A DNA stretch of 64,000 bases from Mariniphaga sp. (GTDB lineage Bacteria > Bacteroidota > Bacteroidia > Bacteroidales > Prolixibacteraceae), in the NCBI GenBank assembly GCA_041684965.1, contig JAWLGR010000017.1:28599-92598 (forward strand), read 5' to 3'. The notes beneath the pieces are model-generated. The model saw only the letters and a list, made by a program, of their open reading frames with translations, was not told where the DNA came from and ran no database searches. Below are positions 56,549 to 64,000 of this stretch, piece after piece. Every line of letters starts with the position of its first letter. The stretch's first letter is position 1. Both the position numbers and the translations under genes were made by a program.

Positions 56549-56779
56549 CAATGGGATATCTATAACTATGAGCTACTGATTAACTTCCTGAAAAATTTTA
56601 ATCTGCCCCTTACCTGATTGATAACTTGTATAAAAATAAGGCTGTCTTGAACAATAAGGTTATCTAAGCAGGGCATACTAAACATAAAAAAATATTTTTA
56701 TCTGCAGATCGTAAGGGTTGCACTTATTCCGGGGAAAATTATTCGTTATCTGAAAACGGCAAAGGATGATTTCGTGCAA

Positions 56780-58834
56780 TCACCGTTCCAATACAATCAC
56801 TTTATAAACCCTGAGGTTTGGAACTTTCAAAGTAACCCTTCCATTTTCTTCAATAAAGGAAACAGGCGACTTTTCTTCCTCGTCGGGTGAGATGCACCAG
56901 GCATTCTTAATATTGCCTTTGTACTGAAGCTGAATGCCGGCCACATTCTTCTCTGTGTTGTAATTAAACAAGTGAATGACTTCCCTGTTGGATTGGGTAT
57001 CGTGCGAGACACCCACCCATTCGGGAGCTTTCACTTCAAGCGGAAGCTTATCTCCGGCTGTAAAATGAACCGCTGATGCAAGCTCATTTGCATTATCAGG
57101 CATATGCCAGATGGATTCGAATCCAAGCTTCACTTCACCCCCGGGATGTATCAGTTCCGGGATGTAAACCACTTTTCCCTTTTTGTAGTTAAAGGATAAA
57201 GATTGACCGGAAGTTAAATCAATCCCCTCACCTGCTCCGGCAGCTAATTCCTCCAAAAAGCTTTGCTTTCGGAGCCGTCGCCAGCCATCGTACCTTCCGG
57301 TGCTTCCTGATAACACCAGTCCGCCTCCGCCTGCCGTAAATGTTTTAATTGCTTCGATATTTTCGTCTGTCAGGCTTTCCTGATTGGCAAGCACCAATAC
57401 AGCATAATCCGCTAATTTATCAATCTGCTGGTCGAATACAATATCAAAAGGAATTTGTCTCTGCTGAAGAGCCTGCTCTGCCATATTAACTGCCACCTGT
57501 GTCTCCAGCGTATTATAAGCCATTGAAGGATAACTCCGGAGGACAGCCACCTTTTCTGCTCCACGGGCATTTGTATACAAATCTTTATTTGCTGTCCAAA
57601 AATCAAGATAGTGTTTTCCTGCACCCGAAGGCACACCTCTTCCCAGTGATCCTATCGTCCGGTTCAGTGCCAGATTTTCAGCAAAATCGTTGGGAGAATG
57701 ATTGCCTGTCATGATAAAGTTATTTGTGGTGCGCCCCAGTTTGTAATGACGGAATTTTCCTATTGCCACGCCATTCTCCCAGCGGGGATTGTTCCTGTCT
57801 TCGGTCCAGATAACATTGGTGTACTGCATCAGGTCGGGGTGGTTGATGCCTGCTTCCCAGGCTCTGTTACTGCCCACCAGGCCGTGCGGGTTTACCTCAA
57901 TTACCACTTCCCTGTTCAGTTTACGGGCAAACCGGGCACATTCGGCAAGTCGATCGGTGAATGTATGGCAACGGAAGTCAATCCATTCCTGGATGACGGG
58001 ATCGTTTATGGCAATCATTTTATCAGCCGGATTCGGTTCGTTCCACATCGGTGGCAGGACATGAGACACATTTTCAAAACCAAACCGTTCAATCCGTTGT
58101 TCAGGAGAATATTTTTCCGTGATGTGGTTCCTGAAAGCATCAATGGTTACCGGATTAAAATCGGCTTCAGGTGGATAATTGTAATCGAAATTATCGAAAT
58201 GAATGAAATCCGTTTTTACCTTCTCCACCGCATACCGTATGATTTTTTCCTTAAAATACTCCATATACCCGTCGTGGTTGAAGCAAGGCCTGTAGCGGAA
58301 CGACTGCTGATACCCATAGGTCAGCATGATTGGTTTGCCGCTGACATCGATCTGGTACCACATATCCGTTTTCGCCTCAGGTACCTCCGTAAAGAAGGTT
58401 TCATAGGCCATCGTGTTCCACTGGATGTAGGTATCCACTTTCATCCCATATTTATGCGCCAGGGCGGCAGCTTCTGCCACCTGATCCATATATTCTTTTT
58501 CAGCTTCGAAGCCAAAACCTTTGTAAAAACCTACGTGGTAAACGGTAACTCCTGCTTCGGCCAGCTGTTTAATGAACTCTTCCGACAGCTGGTATTCAAA
58601 TTCTTCTTTCTGCCACTGGTTAAACCGGGGATTGTTTCGACGCACCTGAAATATCCAGGGTTCATGAGTTGCTCCGGCATCGGCAAATCCATTTCGAATC
58701 CATTCAGGAGTGTACCGGGCTAAATCTTCACTCTCCTGTGCAAAAACAGGACTATTAATATCAACTAAAAGGCAAAAAAAACCAATTGAAAGAATAAGCC
58801 TAAAGGAATTCTGCACTTTATCCTTTGTATACAT
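56780..58834 (-). CDS. secreted TIM-barrel glycosidase-like protein with a GH42-like architecture (barrel + Rossmann-like trimerisation-type domain)
   Basis: 684 aa with a signal peptide. Motifs: LAEAGVTVYHVGFYKGFGFEAEKEYMDQVAEAAALAHKYGMKVDTYIQWN and ADYAVLVLANQESLTDENIEAIKTFTAGGGGLVLSG. The family is not verified. Confidence 0.4.
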   Translation of the reverse strand: MYTKDKVQNSFRLILSIGFFCLLVDINSPVFAQESEDLARYTPEWIRNGFADAGATHEPWIFQVRRNNPRFNQWQKEEFEYQLSEEFIKQLAEAGVTVYHVGFYKGFGFEAEKEYMDQVAEAAALAHKYGMKVDTYIQWNTMAYETFFTEVPEAKTDMWYQIDVSGKPIMLTYGYQQSFRYRPCFNHDGYMEYFKEKIIRYAVEKVKTDFIHFDNFDYNYPPEADFNPVTIDAFRNHITEKYSPEQRIERFGFENVSHVLPPMWNEPNPADKMIAINDPVIQEWIDFRCHTFTDRLAECARFARKLNREVVIEVNPHGLVGSNRAWEAGINHPDLMQYTNVIWTEDRNNPRWENGVAIGKFRHYKLGRTTNNFIMTGNHSPNDFAENLALNRTIGSLGRGVPSGAGKHYLDFWTANKDLYTNARGAEKVAVLRSYPSMAYNTLETQVAVNMAEQALQQRQIPFDIVFDQQIDKLADYAVLVLANQESLTDENIEAIKTFTAGGGGLVLSGSTGRYDGWRRLRKQSFLEELAAGAGEGIDLTSGQSLSFNYKKGKVVYIPELIHPGGEVKLGFESIWHMPDNANELASAVHFTAGDKLPLEVKAPEWVGVSHDTQSNREVIHLFNYNTEKNVAGIQLQYKGNIKNAWCISPDEEEKSPVSFIEENGRVTLKVPNLRVYKVIVLER

Positions 58835-58930
58835 GCTTTTATTTTTTTAATTTCTTATTTTTGGTCATTACAGTTTGCTATGCAAGATAATAAAAAAGCG
58901 TGGCAGGCAATAATTCAAACCAATTGTAAC

Positions 58931-61099
58931 ATGATTAAAAGATTTTATACAGCCAAACTTATTGTGGCTCTTCTGCTTACGGCCCTGTATATTCTGCCGG
59001 CTGTCGCTCAATCGAAGGATTCATCTAACGGAGTTATACCGGTCTCAGAGCCGGGAAGTTACGACCAGCCAGGTGCAGTTTACAGACTAACCAAAGACAT
59101 TGTAAGTGAAAAAAGCGCTGTTTTTTTAGGGAAAGACATTACGCTTGATCTGAATGGGTATACCATTACTTATGCAGGAGGAAATTATGAGCATTTACCC
59201 AATGCAGGTTTTGAGGAAGGACTGAAAGGATGGGACGTTTCAAATGCGCCCGGGGCCAAAGTCGTTAATACAGCCGAAGTTCATTCGTTTATCGGGGAAA
59301 AAATCCTTAGTCTTCAGCCGGGCGATGTGATCCGTTCCCCATACATCAATTTACCGGTTGAAGGACGTTCTTATTTTGCCATGTGCGGCCTGACCGGAAG
59401 GTATTATCATGATATGAAGGGAGATTTGAACAACGACATGAAAATTAGCATCTATGTGGAAGATGAAAACGGGAACGAAGTAGAATGCATCAATCCGTAT
59501 GGAGATACAACGATGGTAGGTACTCCGGTACTGAAGCGTTCCACCCGTTTGGGAGGCGGATTTATATTTGCTCATTTGAAAGATATTCCGGCAGGCAAAT
59601 ACCGGGTAAAAGTAAAGGCGGATACCGATTGCCTGGTAGATGAAATAGACATCCGCCCGGCTATGGATGTGGGTATTGGAATTGTGGAGAAAACCCACCC
59701 CTACAGTCATTACAGTCATTTGCACGAAGGAGTACACGGTGCATTTTACGATTACACCGAAGATTTCAGCACCGGGAAACCTGTCCCTGGAATACCCATA
59801 GCTGAAGGAAGAGGAACCGTTACCATAAAAAACGGGACCATAAGAAGTGGTACGCCCGGAATAGTATCATGGGGAATACAGTCCACAGCGAATGATGTCA
59901 GGGTTATTCTCGACAACGTAAAAATTGAAACCGAAGGCATCAATGCTACCGCAGTGGATGTACCCCATGCCACCATTACCAACTGTAAATTTTATGTAGA
60001 CAATCCCTTTATCATCAACCGTCACGGTTCTTCCTTTTATGCGGTCGACCTGCGCGGCACAACGGCTTCGGAAGTATCCTACAGCGAATTTTACGGAGGC
60101 CAGGGGAACCTTGTTGTTAAGGGTATAAACTCCATTGTTCATCACAATTATTTTGTGAATGAGCAATACGTTACAAACCATTACAGCATTATGGCCATGG
60201 GTGACGGAACGATGATCTTTGAAAATAAGTTTGAACCCATAATCGGTTCAGGACTGGAGATTTTCAGGCACAAAAACATCGATATTTTTAACAACGAATT
60301 TCATATAAAGGCATCTCCTCCCTCGTGCGAATACCATGAACAATACAGCACCAATGCCATCCGGATAGCCGATTACGGTGCGGAATGGGGGTCCCCGCGC
60401 GGAGCATACGGAAACCGTATTTACAACAACAAATTCTATATTACAGGGAAAAAGTTTAAGGAGTATCCCAACTACATTCCTTCAGCAAATGCTTTTTTCT
60501 TCAGTACCAGCGCAGGAGATAATTACATCTTCGGGAATGAAATTGTGCTTGACCAGCAAGACCCTGATACCGATGCACAGGCGTATGCATTTTATATCGG
60601 AAACGCATACGGCGGAAAGATATACAATAACCGGATTGTTTCAAACGTAACCCCAATGTGGGTTGCAAGCGCTTATGGCACAGCATCCGAAACGGAGTTG
60701 TACAACAACACATTTATCAAGGCAGAAAACACTGCCACTGAATTTGTTCCTGTAAGAATGGGCCGTCAGAAAGCTGAGAACATTAAATTCCGCTCAAATG
60801 AATTTGAGGGGATGGATTTTAAAATCGATGCCTCCGGTTCAAATCACAGCTATACCGTTGCATGGACGTTGAATATTAATACCAGTGCGGGAACCCAAAT
60901 CCGGATTACAGACAAGACCGGCAATGAAGTAGTGAATGTCACTGCCGGGGAAACAGGACAGGTTAGTATTGAGTTGCCCGAATATTCAGTTGACGGAGCG
61001 GAAAAAACTAACTATTCTCCCTATACTGTGGTTACCGGTAAAAAGAAGAAACAAGTTTTAGACTTGAAGAAAAACACTACTATAAACATAATAAATTAA
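58931..61099 (+). CDS. secreted right-handed beta-helix protein, paralog of the catalytic part of 4718-7492 (no stalk module)
   Basis: The start is at MIKRFYTAKLIVALLLTALYILPAVAQS. It shares AVYRLTKDI..ITLDLNGYTITY with AVYIVTEDI..ITLDLGGHTITH. It also shares the C-terminal domain (YTVAWTLNINTSAGTQIRITDKTGNEV versus YRVKWTLTVNTAEEAVVTISDKAGNEV). Confidence 0.6.
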   Translation: MIKRFYTAKLIVALLLTALYILPAVAQSKDSSNGVIPVSEPGSYDQPGAVYRLTKDIVSEKSAVFLGKDITLDLNGYTITYAGGNYEHLPNAGFEEGLKGWDVSNAPGAKVVNTAEVHSFIGEKILSLQPGDVIRSPYINLPVEGRSYFAMCGLTGRYYHDMKGDLNNDMKISIYVEDENGNEVECINPYGDTTMVGTPVLKRSTRLGGGFIFAHLKDIPAGKYRVKVKADTDCLVDEIDIRPAMDVGIGIVEKTHPYSHYSHLHEGVHGAFYDYTEDFSTGKPVPGIPIAEGRGTVTIKNGTIRSGTPGIVSWGIQSTANDVRVILDNVKIETEGINATAVDVPHATITNCKFYVDNPFIINRHGSSFYAVDLRGTTASEVSYSEFYGGQGNLVVKGINSIVHHNYFVNEQYVTNHYSIMAMGDGTMIFENKFEPIIGSGLEIFRHKNIDIFNNEFHIKASPPSCEYHEQYSTNAIRIADYGAEWGSPRGAYGNRIYNNKFYITGKKFKEYPNYIPSANAFFFSTSAGDNYIFGNEIVLDQQDPDTDAQAYAFYIGNAYGGKIYNNRIVSNVTPMWVASAYGTASETELYNNTFIKAENTATEFVPVRMGRQKAENIKFRSNEFEGMDFKIDASGSNHSYTVAWTLNINTSAGTQIRITDKTGNEVVNVTAGETGQVSIELPEYSVDGAEKTNYSPYTVVTGKKKKQVLDLKKNTTINIIN

Positions 61100-61130
61100 A
61101 AATAAAATTATTAAACAAAATTATTTAACC

Positions 61131-61943
61131 ATGATTAAGACAGTAATTATAGCAGTATTAACATTTTTTGTTTTTACATATTGCACCGGACAGAAAAAGG
61201 GAAATATTCTGTTCACAGAATCTTTCGAAGATGAAAACCTGAATTCCAGGGAGTGGTACGATGGCTCAGTCGCCCGGATTTCAAAAGATGCATACAAGGG
61301 AAAAGGAAGTATTGAATACGAGTGGGTGAAGGGGGTACAAAAAGTACAGGGGTCCAATGGTTTCAGGCGCCTGTTTGAGCCCTCTGAAGAAATCTACCTC
61401 CGTTATTACCTTAAACTGTCGAAAGGCTGGCAATGGACAGGTGTAAACTACCATCCCCATCTGACTCATTTTTTGACTACCGAAAATTCAGCATATCACG
61501 GCCCCGCAGCGAGTCACCTCACCCTGTACATCGAACCGGTGAACGGCAAGCTGCGGCTGGCTGCCACGGATATCCAGAATAAAGATATGCCCCACGGACT
61601 GACACAGGGAGAACTGAGAGGCGGCTTTAACGGAAAATTGTACGATAGCAAAGAAATTCTCTTTGATGACGATGAATGGCATTGCATAGAGGCTTACTTT
61701 AAGCTTAACACACTTGACATGACAAATGACAAGCCAAATAAGGATGGTATTATCAGAGGCTGGTTCGACGGCAAAGAGGTAATTAACCTAACCGATGTTG
61801 TTTTAAGATCAACCGATTTTCCTGATATGAAATTTAATCAGTTCCTGATAACACCTTATTTCGGGCCCGGTCTGCTGGACAACAACCAGAAGCTCTGGAT
61901 TGACGAGATGGTGGTGGGAACAAGTCGGGCAGGATGTGAGTAG
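61131..61943 (+). CDS. small jelly-roll (concanavalin-like, candidate polysaccharide lyase) protein, distant member of the family
   Basis: 270 aa. Motifs: ILFTESFEDENLNSREWYDG, IYLRYYLKLSKGW, EWHCIEAYFKLNT, IIRGWFDGKEV and KLWIDEMVVGT. The motif order matches that of the 62316 family. Confidence 0.45.
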   Translation: MIKTVIIAVLTFFVFTYCTGQKKGNILFTESFEDENLNSREWYDGSVARISKDAYKGKGSIEYEWVKGVQKVQGSNGFRRLFEPSEEIYLRYYLKLSKGWQWTGVNYHPHLTHFLTTENSAYHGPAASHLTLYIEPVNGKLRLAATDIQNKDMPHGLTQGELRGGFNGKLYDSKEILFDDDEWHCIEAYFKLNTLDMTNDKPNKDGIIRGWFDGKEVINLTDVVLRSTDFPDMKFNQFLITPYFGPGLLDNNQKLWIDEMVVGTSRAGCE

Positions 61944-61952
61944 ATGAAGAGG

Positions 61953-62064
61953 GTTCCATTGTTCCATTGTTTCATTGTTCCATTGTTCCATTGTTTCATT
62001 GTTCCATTGTTTCATTGTTTCATTGTTTCATTGTTTTATTGTTTTATTGTTTTATTGTTTGGTG
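61953..62064. repeat. 8-bp tandem repeat array (13 units and one degenerate unit)
   Basis: Units of GTTCCATT x5, GTTTCATT x5 and GTTTTATT x3 run in the order CC,CC,TC,CC,CC,TC,CC,TC,TC,TC,TT,TT,TT, followed by GTTTGGTG. The array starts 9 nt after the stop of 61131-61943. Confidence 0.9.
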
Positions 62065-62315
62065 TTTTTAGTGTTTTGGTGGTAAAAAAGAATGGGGGCT
62101 GGAAGACGGAAGACCAAAGCAAGAAGGATTTGAATGTTTCAATGTTTGAGGGTTTTAGTGTCTAGGGAAGTTTGGTGTTTTTAGTGTTTTAGTGGTAAAA
62201 TAAACAATTGTTTGAATTTGAATGGGTAAGCATTTCATTGGTATTAGTCTTGATACTTGATACTCTTAGTCTTGTTACTCGATATCGAAATAAACAATTA
62301 AAAATTAATTAATAA

Positions 62316-63296
62316 ATGAAAACTGCTATTTTAATTTTAACGCTTGCATTTCTTTTTGCTGGCGCAACAGCTCAAGGCAATGCTTCAGGAAAGAATCAGG
62401 AAGGAATTGCAAAGAATTATTTGCATGACAAGAACATACAGTCCAATCCTGCCGTAATTTTTGCTTCGGGATTTGAAAATGGTTTTGAAGGCTGGACTGC
62501 CTACAATGAAAAGATCAGCGAAATTATTACCGATCCCAAAGCTGCATTTTCAGGTAGCAAGGTATTAAAATCAACTGCTACCCGTGGTGTCAATACCGGC
62601 GGAGATGTGGATTATAAAATTGTTCCCGGACAGGACCAGATATACGTGCGGTTTTACACCAAATTAGATGAAAACACCGTTATTCCACACCATTTTGTAA
62701 AAATACGTGCCATAAAGGAAGGATTCTGGCCCAATGCAGGACAAAAACCTCCCGGCGATAAAGCTTTCTGGACAGGTATTGAACCACTTCCTGACCATAC
62801 CTGGAATTTATATACCTACTGGCACGATATGCACAGCTGGCAAAGCAGGGAAGGCAAACCCGACGGTCGGCCAAACCCATATTTCGGCAATGTATTCCGG
62901 GTGCCGGGACAGGAACCGTTGAAAAAAGGAGAATGGATTTGTGTGGAAGCTATGATGAAGGCCAATACGCCCGGTCAGAATGATGGGGAGCAGGCATTCT
63001 GGATAAACGGGGTAAAAATTGGTCACTGGAAAAAAGGAGAGCCAATGGGTGAATGGAGAAACGATCGGTTTGTTATCGGTGGGGATAACCCAAAGCCTTT
63101 TGAAGGATATAACTGGAGAACAGCTGAAGATGTAAAAATCAATATGATAAAATTACAATGGTACATCAGCAAGGAACACATGGAACGTAAAAAAGCCACA
63201 CAGGATGACAACAGCGTTTTTTTTGACAATGTTGTGGTGGCAACCGAATACATTGGCCTGATGTATGACGAAAAGGGTGCTGTTGTTAAAAGGTGA
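62316..63296 (+). CDS. secreted jelly-roll (candidate polysaccharide lyase) domain protein, stalk-less form
   Basis: 326 aa with a signal peptide. Motifs: VIFASGFENGFEGWTAY, IYVRFYTKLDENTVIPHHFVKI, PDGRPNPYFGNVF, GEWICVEAMMKANTPGQNDGEQAFWINGVKIGHW and VFFDNVVVATEYIG. Confidence 0.55.
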   Translation: MKTAILILTLAFLFAGATAQGNASGKNQEGIAKNYLHDKNIQSNPAVIFASGFENGFEGWTAYNEKISEIITDPKAAFSGSKVLKSTATRGVNTGGDVDYKIVPGQDQIYVRFYTKLDENTVIPHHFVKIRAIKEGFWPNAGQKPPGDKAFWTGIEPLPDHTWNLYTYWHDMHSWQSREGKPDGRPNPYFGNVFRVPGQEPLKKGEWICVEAMMKANTPGQNDGEQAFWINGVKIGHWKKGEPMGEWRNDRFVIGGDNPKPFEGYNWRTAEDVKINMIKLQWYISKEHMERKKATQDDNSVFFDNVVVATEYIGLMYDEKGAVVKR

Positions 63297-63322
63297 AGAG
63301 TTTGAATTTGTCTGACATTTGT

Positions 63323-63384
63323 AGTTTGAAAAGTTCGAATAGTTTGAAGAGTTCGAAAGAGTTCGAAGAGTTTAAAAGTTTGAC
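63323..63384. repeat. 9-10-bp tandem repeat array (about 6.5 units of AGTTYGAAR)
   Basis: Sequence: agtttgaaa agttcgaat agtttgaag agttcgaaag agttcgaag agtttaaaa gtttgac. It starts ~26 nt after the stop of 62316-63296, the same relative position as the 8-bp array one unit upstream. Confidence 0.85.
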
Positions 63385-63696
63385 CCCTTTAGCGTTCGGA
63401 GGTTTGAATGTTTCAATGTTTGAGGGTTTCAGTGTTTAGGGAGGTTTGGTGTTTTTAGTGTTTTGGTGGTAAAAAAGAATGAGGGCTGGAAGACGGAAGA
63501 CCAAAGCAAGAAGGATTTGAATGTTTCAATGTTTGAGGGTTTTAGTGTCTAGGGAAGTTTGGTATTTTTAGTGTTTTAGTGGTAAATATACAAACGTTTG
63601 AATTGGGTATGCATTTCATTGGTCTTAGTCTTGATACTTGATACTCTTAGTCTTGATACTCGATATCGAAATAAACTATTAAAAATTAATTTATAA

Positions 63697-64000
63697 ATGA
63701 AAACTGCTATTTTAATTTTAACGCTTGCATTTATTTATGCTGGCGCAACAGCTCAAGGCAATCCTTCAGGAAAGAATCAGGAAGGTATTGCAAAGAAATA
63801 TTTGCACGACAAGAACATTCAATCCAATCCTGCCGTAATTTTTGCTTCGGGGTTTGAAAACGATTTTGAAGGCTGGTCGTATCATAACAGCAAGATAAGC
63901 CAAATCATCAATCATCCCGATTCCGCCTTTTCAGGAAACAAGGTTCTAAAATCAACAGCAACGCGCGGTGTCAATACAGGTGGCGATGTGGATTATAAAA
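63697..64000 (+). CDS. secreted jelly-roll domain protein, tandem duplicate of 62316-63296 (5' part only)
   Basis: MKTAILILTLAFIYAGATAQGNPSGKNQEGIAKKYLHDKNIQSNPAVIFASGFENDFEGW.... There are 15 differences from the upstream copy in the 101 alignable residues. Confidence 0.6.
   Translation, partial: MKTAILILTLAFIYAGATAQGNPSGKNQEGIAKKYLHDKNIQSNPAVIFASGFENDFEGWSYHNSKISQIINHPDSAFSGNKVLKSTATRGVNTGGDVDYK

Larger units (their letters stand above)
62057..64000 (+). repeat. tandem duplication of a ~1.38-kb unit (GT-rich intergenic block + jelly-roll gene); the second copy runs off the window
   Basis: The block 62057-62340 recurs at ~63435-63720 almost base for base (ggtgtttttagtgttttggtggtaaaaaagaatg(g/a)gggctggaagacggaagaccaaagcaagaagga...). 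The start codons at 62316 and 63697 are 1381 bp apart. Confidence 0.85.

Noticed and set aside
57698-58723. 341-aa plus-strand ORF
   Set aside because: It is antisense to the 684-aa glycosidase-like gene, which has a signal peptide and a coherent domain pattern. The antisense translation is His/Phe/Arg-rich nonsense.
61944-62165. 73-aa ORF with the repeating peptide VPLFHCFI (and the minus-strand ORF 61809-62015 with ETMEQWNN repeats)
   Set aside because: Both are translations of the 8-bp tandem repeat. The unit is not a multiple of three, so the periodic peptide is a by-product, and there is no start context.
61953-63384. Possible CRISPR array suggested by the regularly spaced short repeats
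   Set aside because: The units are 8-10 bp and directly abutting, with no spacers, and no cas genes are present. These are microsatellite-type tandem repeats, not CRISPR.

Overview
This is a Bacteroidota-type chromosomal segment. Support: SusC/SusD pairs, T9SS C-terminal sorting domains, lipoprotein signal peptides and TTTG-N19-TAnnTTTG promoter boxes. No rRNA, tRNA or CRISPR was seen. Almost the whole window is one very large glycan-utilisation region in three blocks. (1) 1-16.9 kb, minus strand: a tightly packed gene train of three tandem transglutaminase-fold lipoproteins, a double metallo-beta-lactamase, a DUF819-like permease, a dipeptide epimerase, an S15 (CocE/NonD) peptidase, a stalk/beta-helix protein, a PL8 lyase with a T9SS tail, a TIM-barrel glycosidase-like protein, and then a SusC running off the edge. 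(2) 31.2-46.6 kb, minus strand: a double SusC/SusD locus interleaved with three fasciclin (FAS1) lipoproteins. It sits divergent from a 1328-aa lamin-tail-domain/T9SS protein. (3) 51.3-64 kb, plus strand: an expanded family of jelly-roll proteins (candidate lyases). Two of them carry an N-terminal stalk module also found on a beta-helix protein. The block also holds a second beta-helix paralog and a 1.38-kb tandem gene duplication with odd short tandem repeats. Between the blocks (23.2-30.8 kb) lies a decay zone: HEPN/MNT, PIN and RelE-type toxin remnants, an intact IS21 element with an 11-bp target duplication, an Rhs fragment and a broken beta-lactamase-family gene. My best candidates for something undescribed are the peptide-processing module fused to the lyase operon, the PDGRPNPYYGN jelly-roll family with its shared stalk module, the FAS1/SusCD architecture, and two kinds of structured intergenic repeat. 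All functional calls come from motif recognition by eye; no searches were run.
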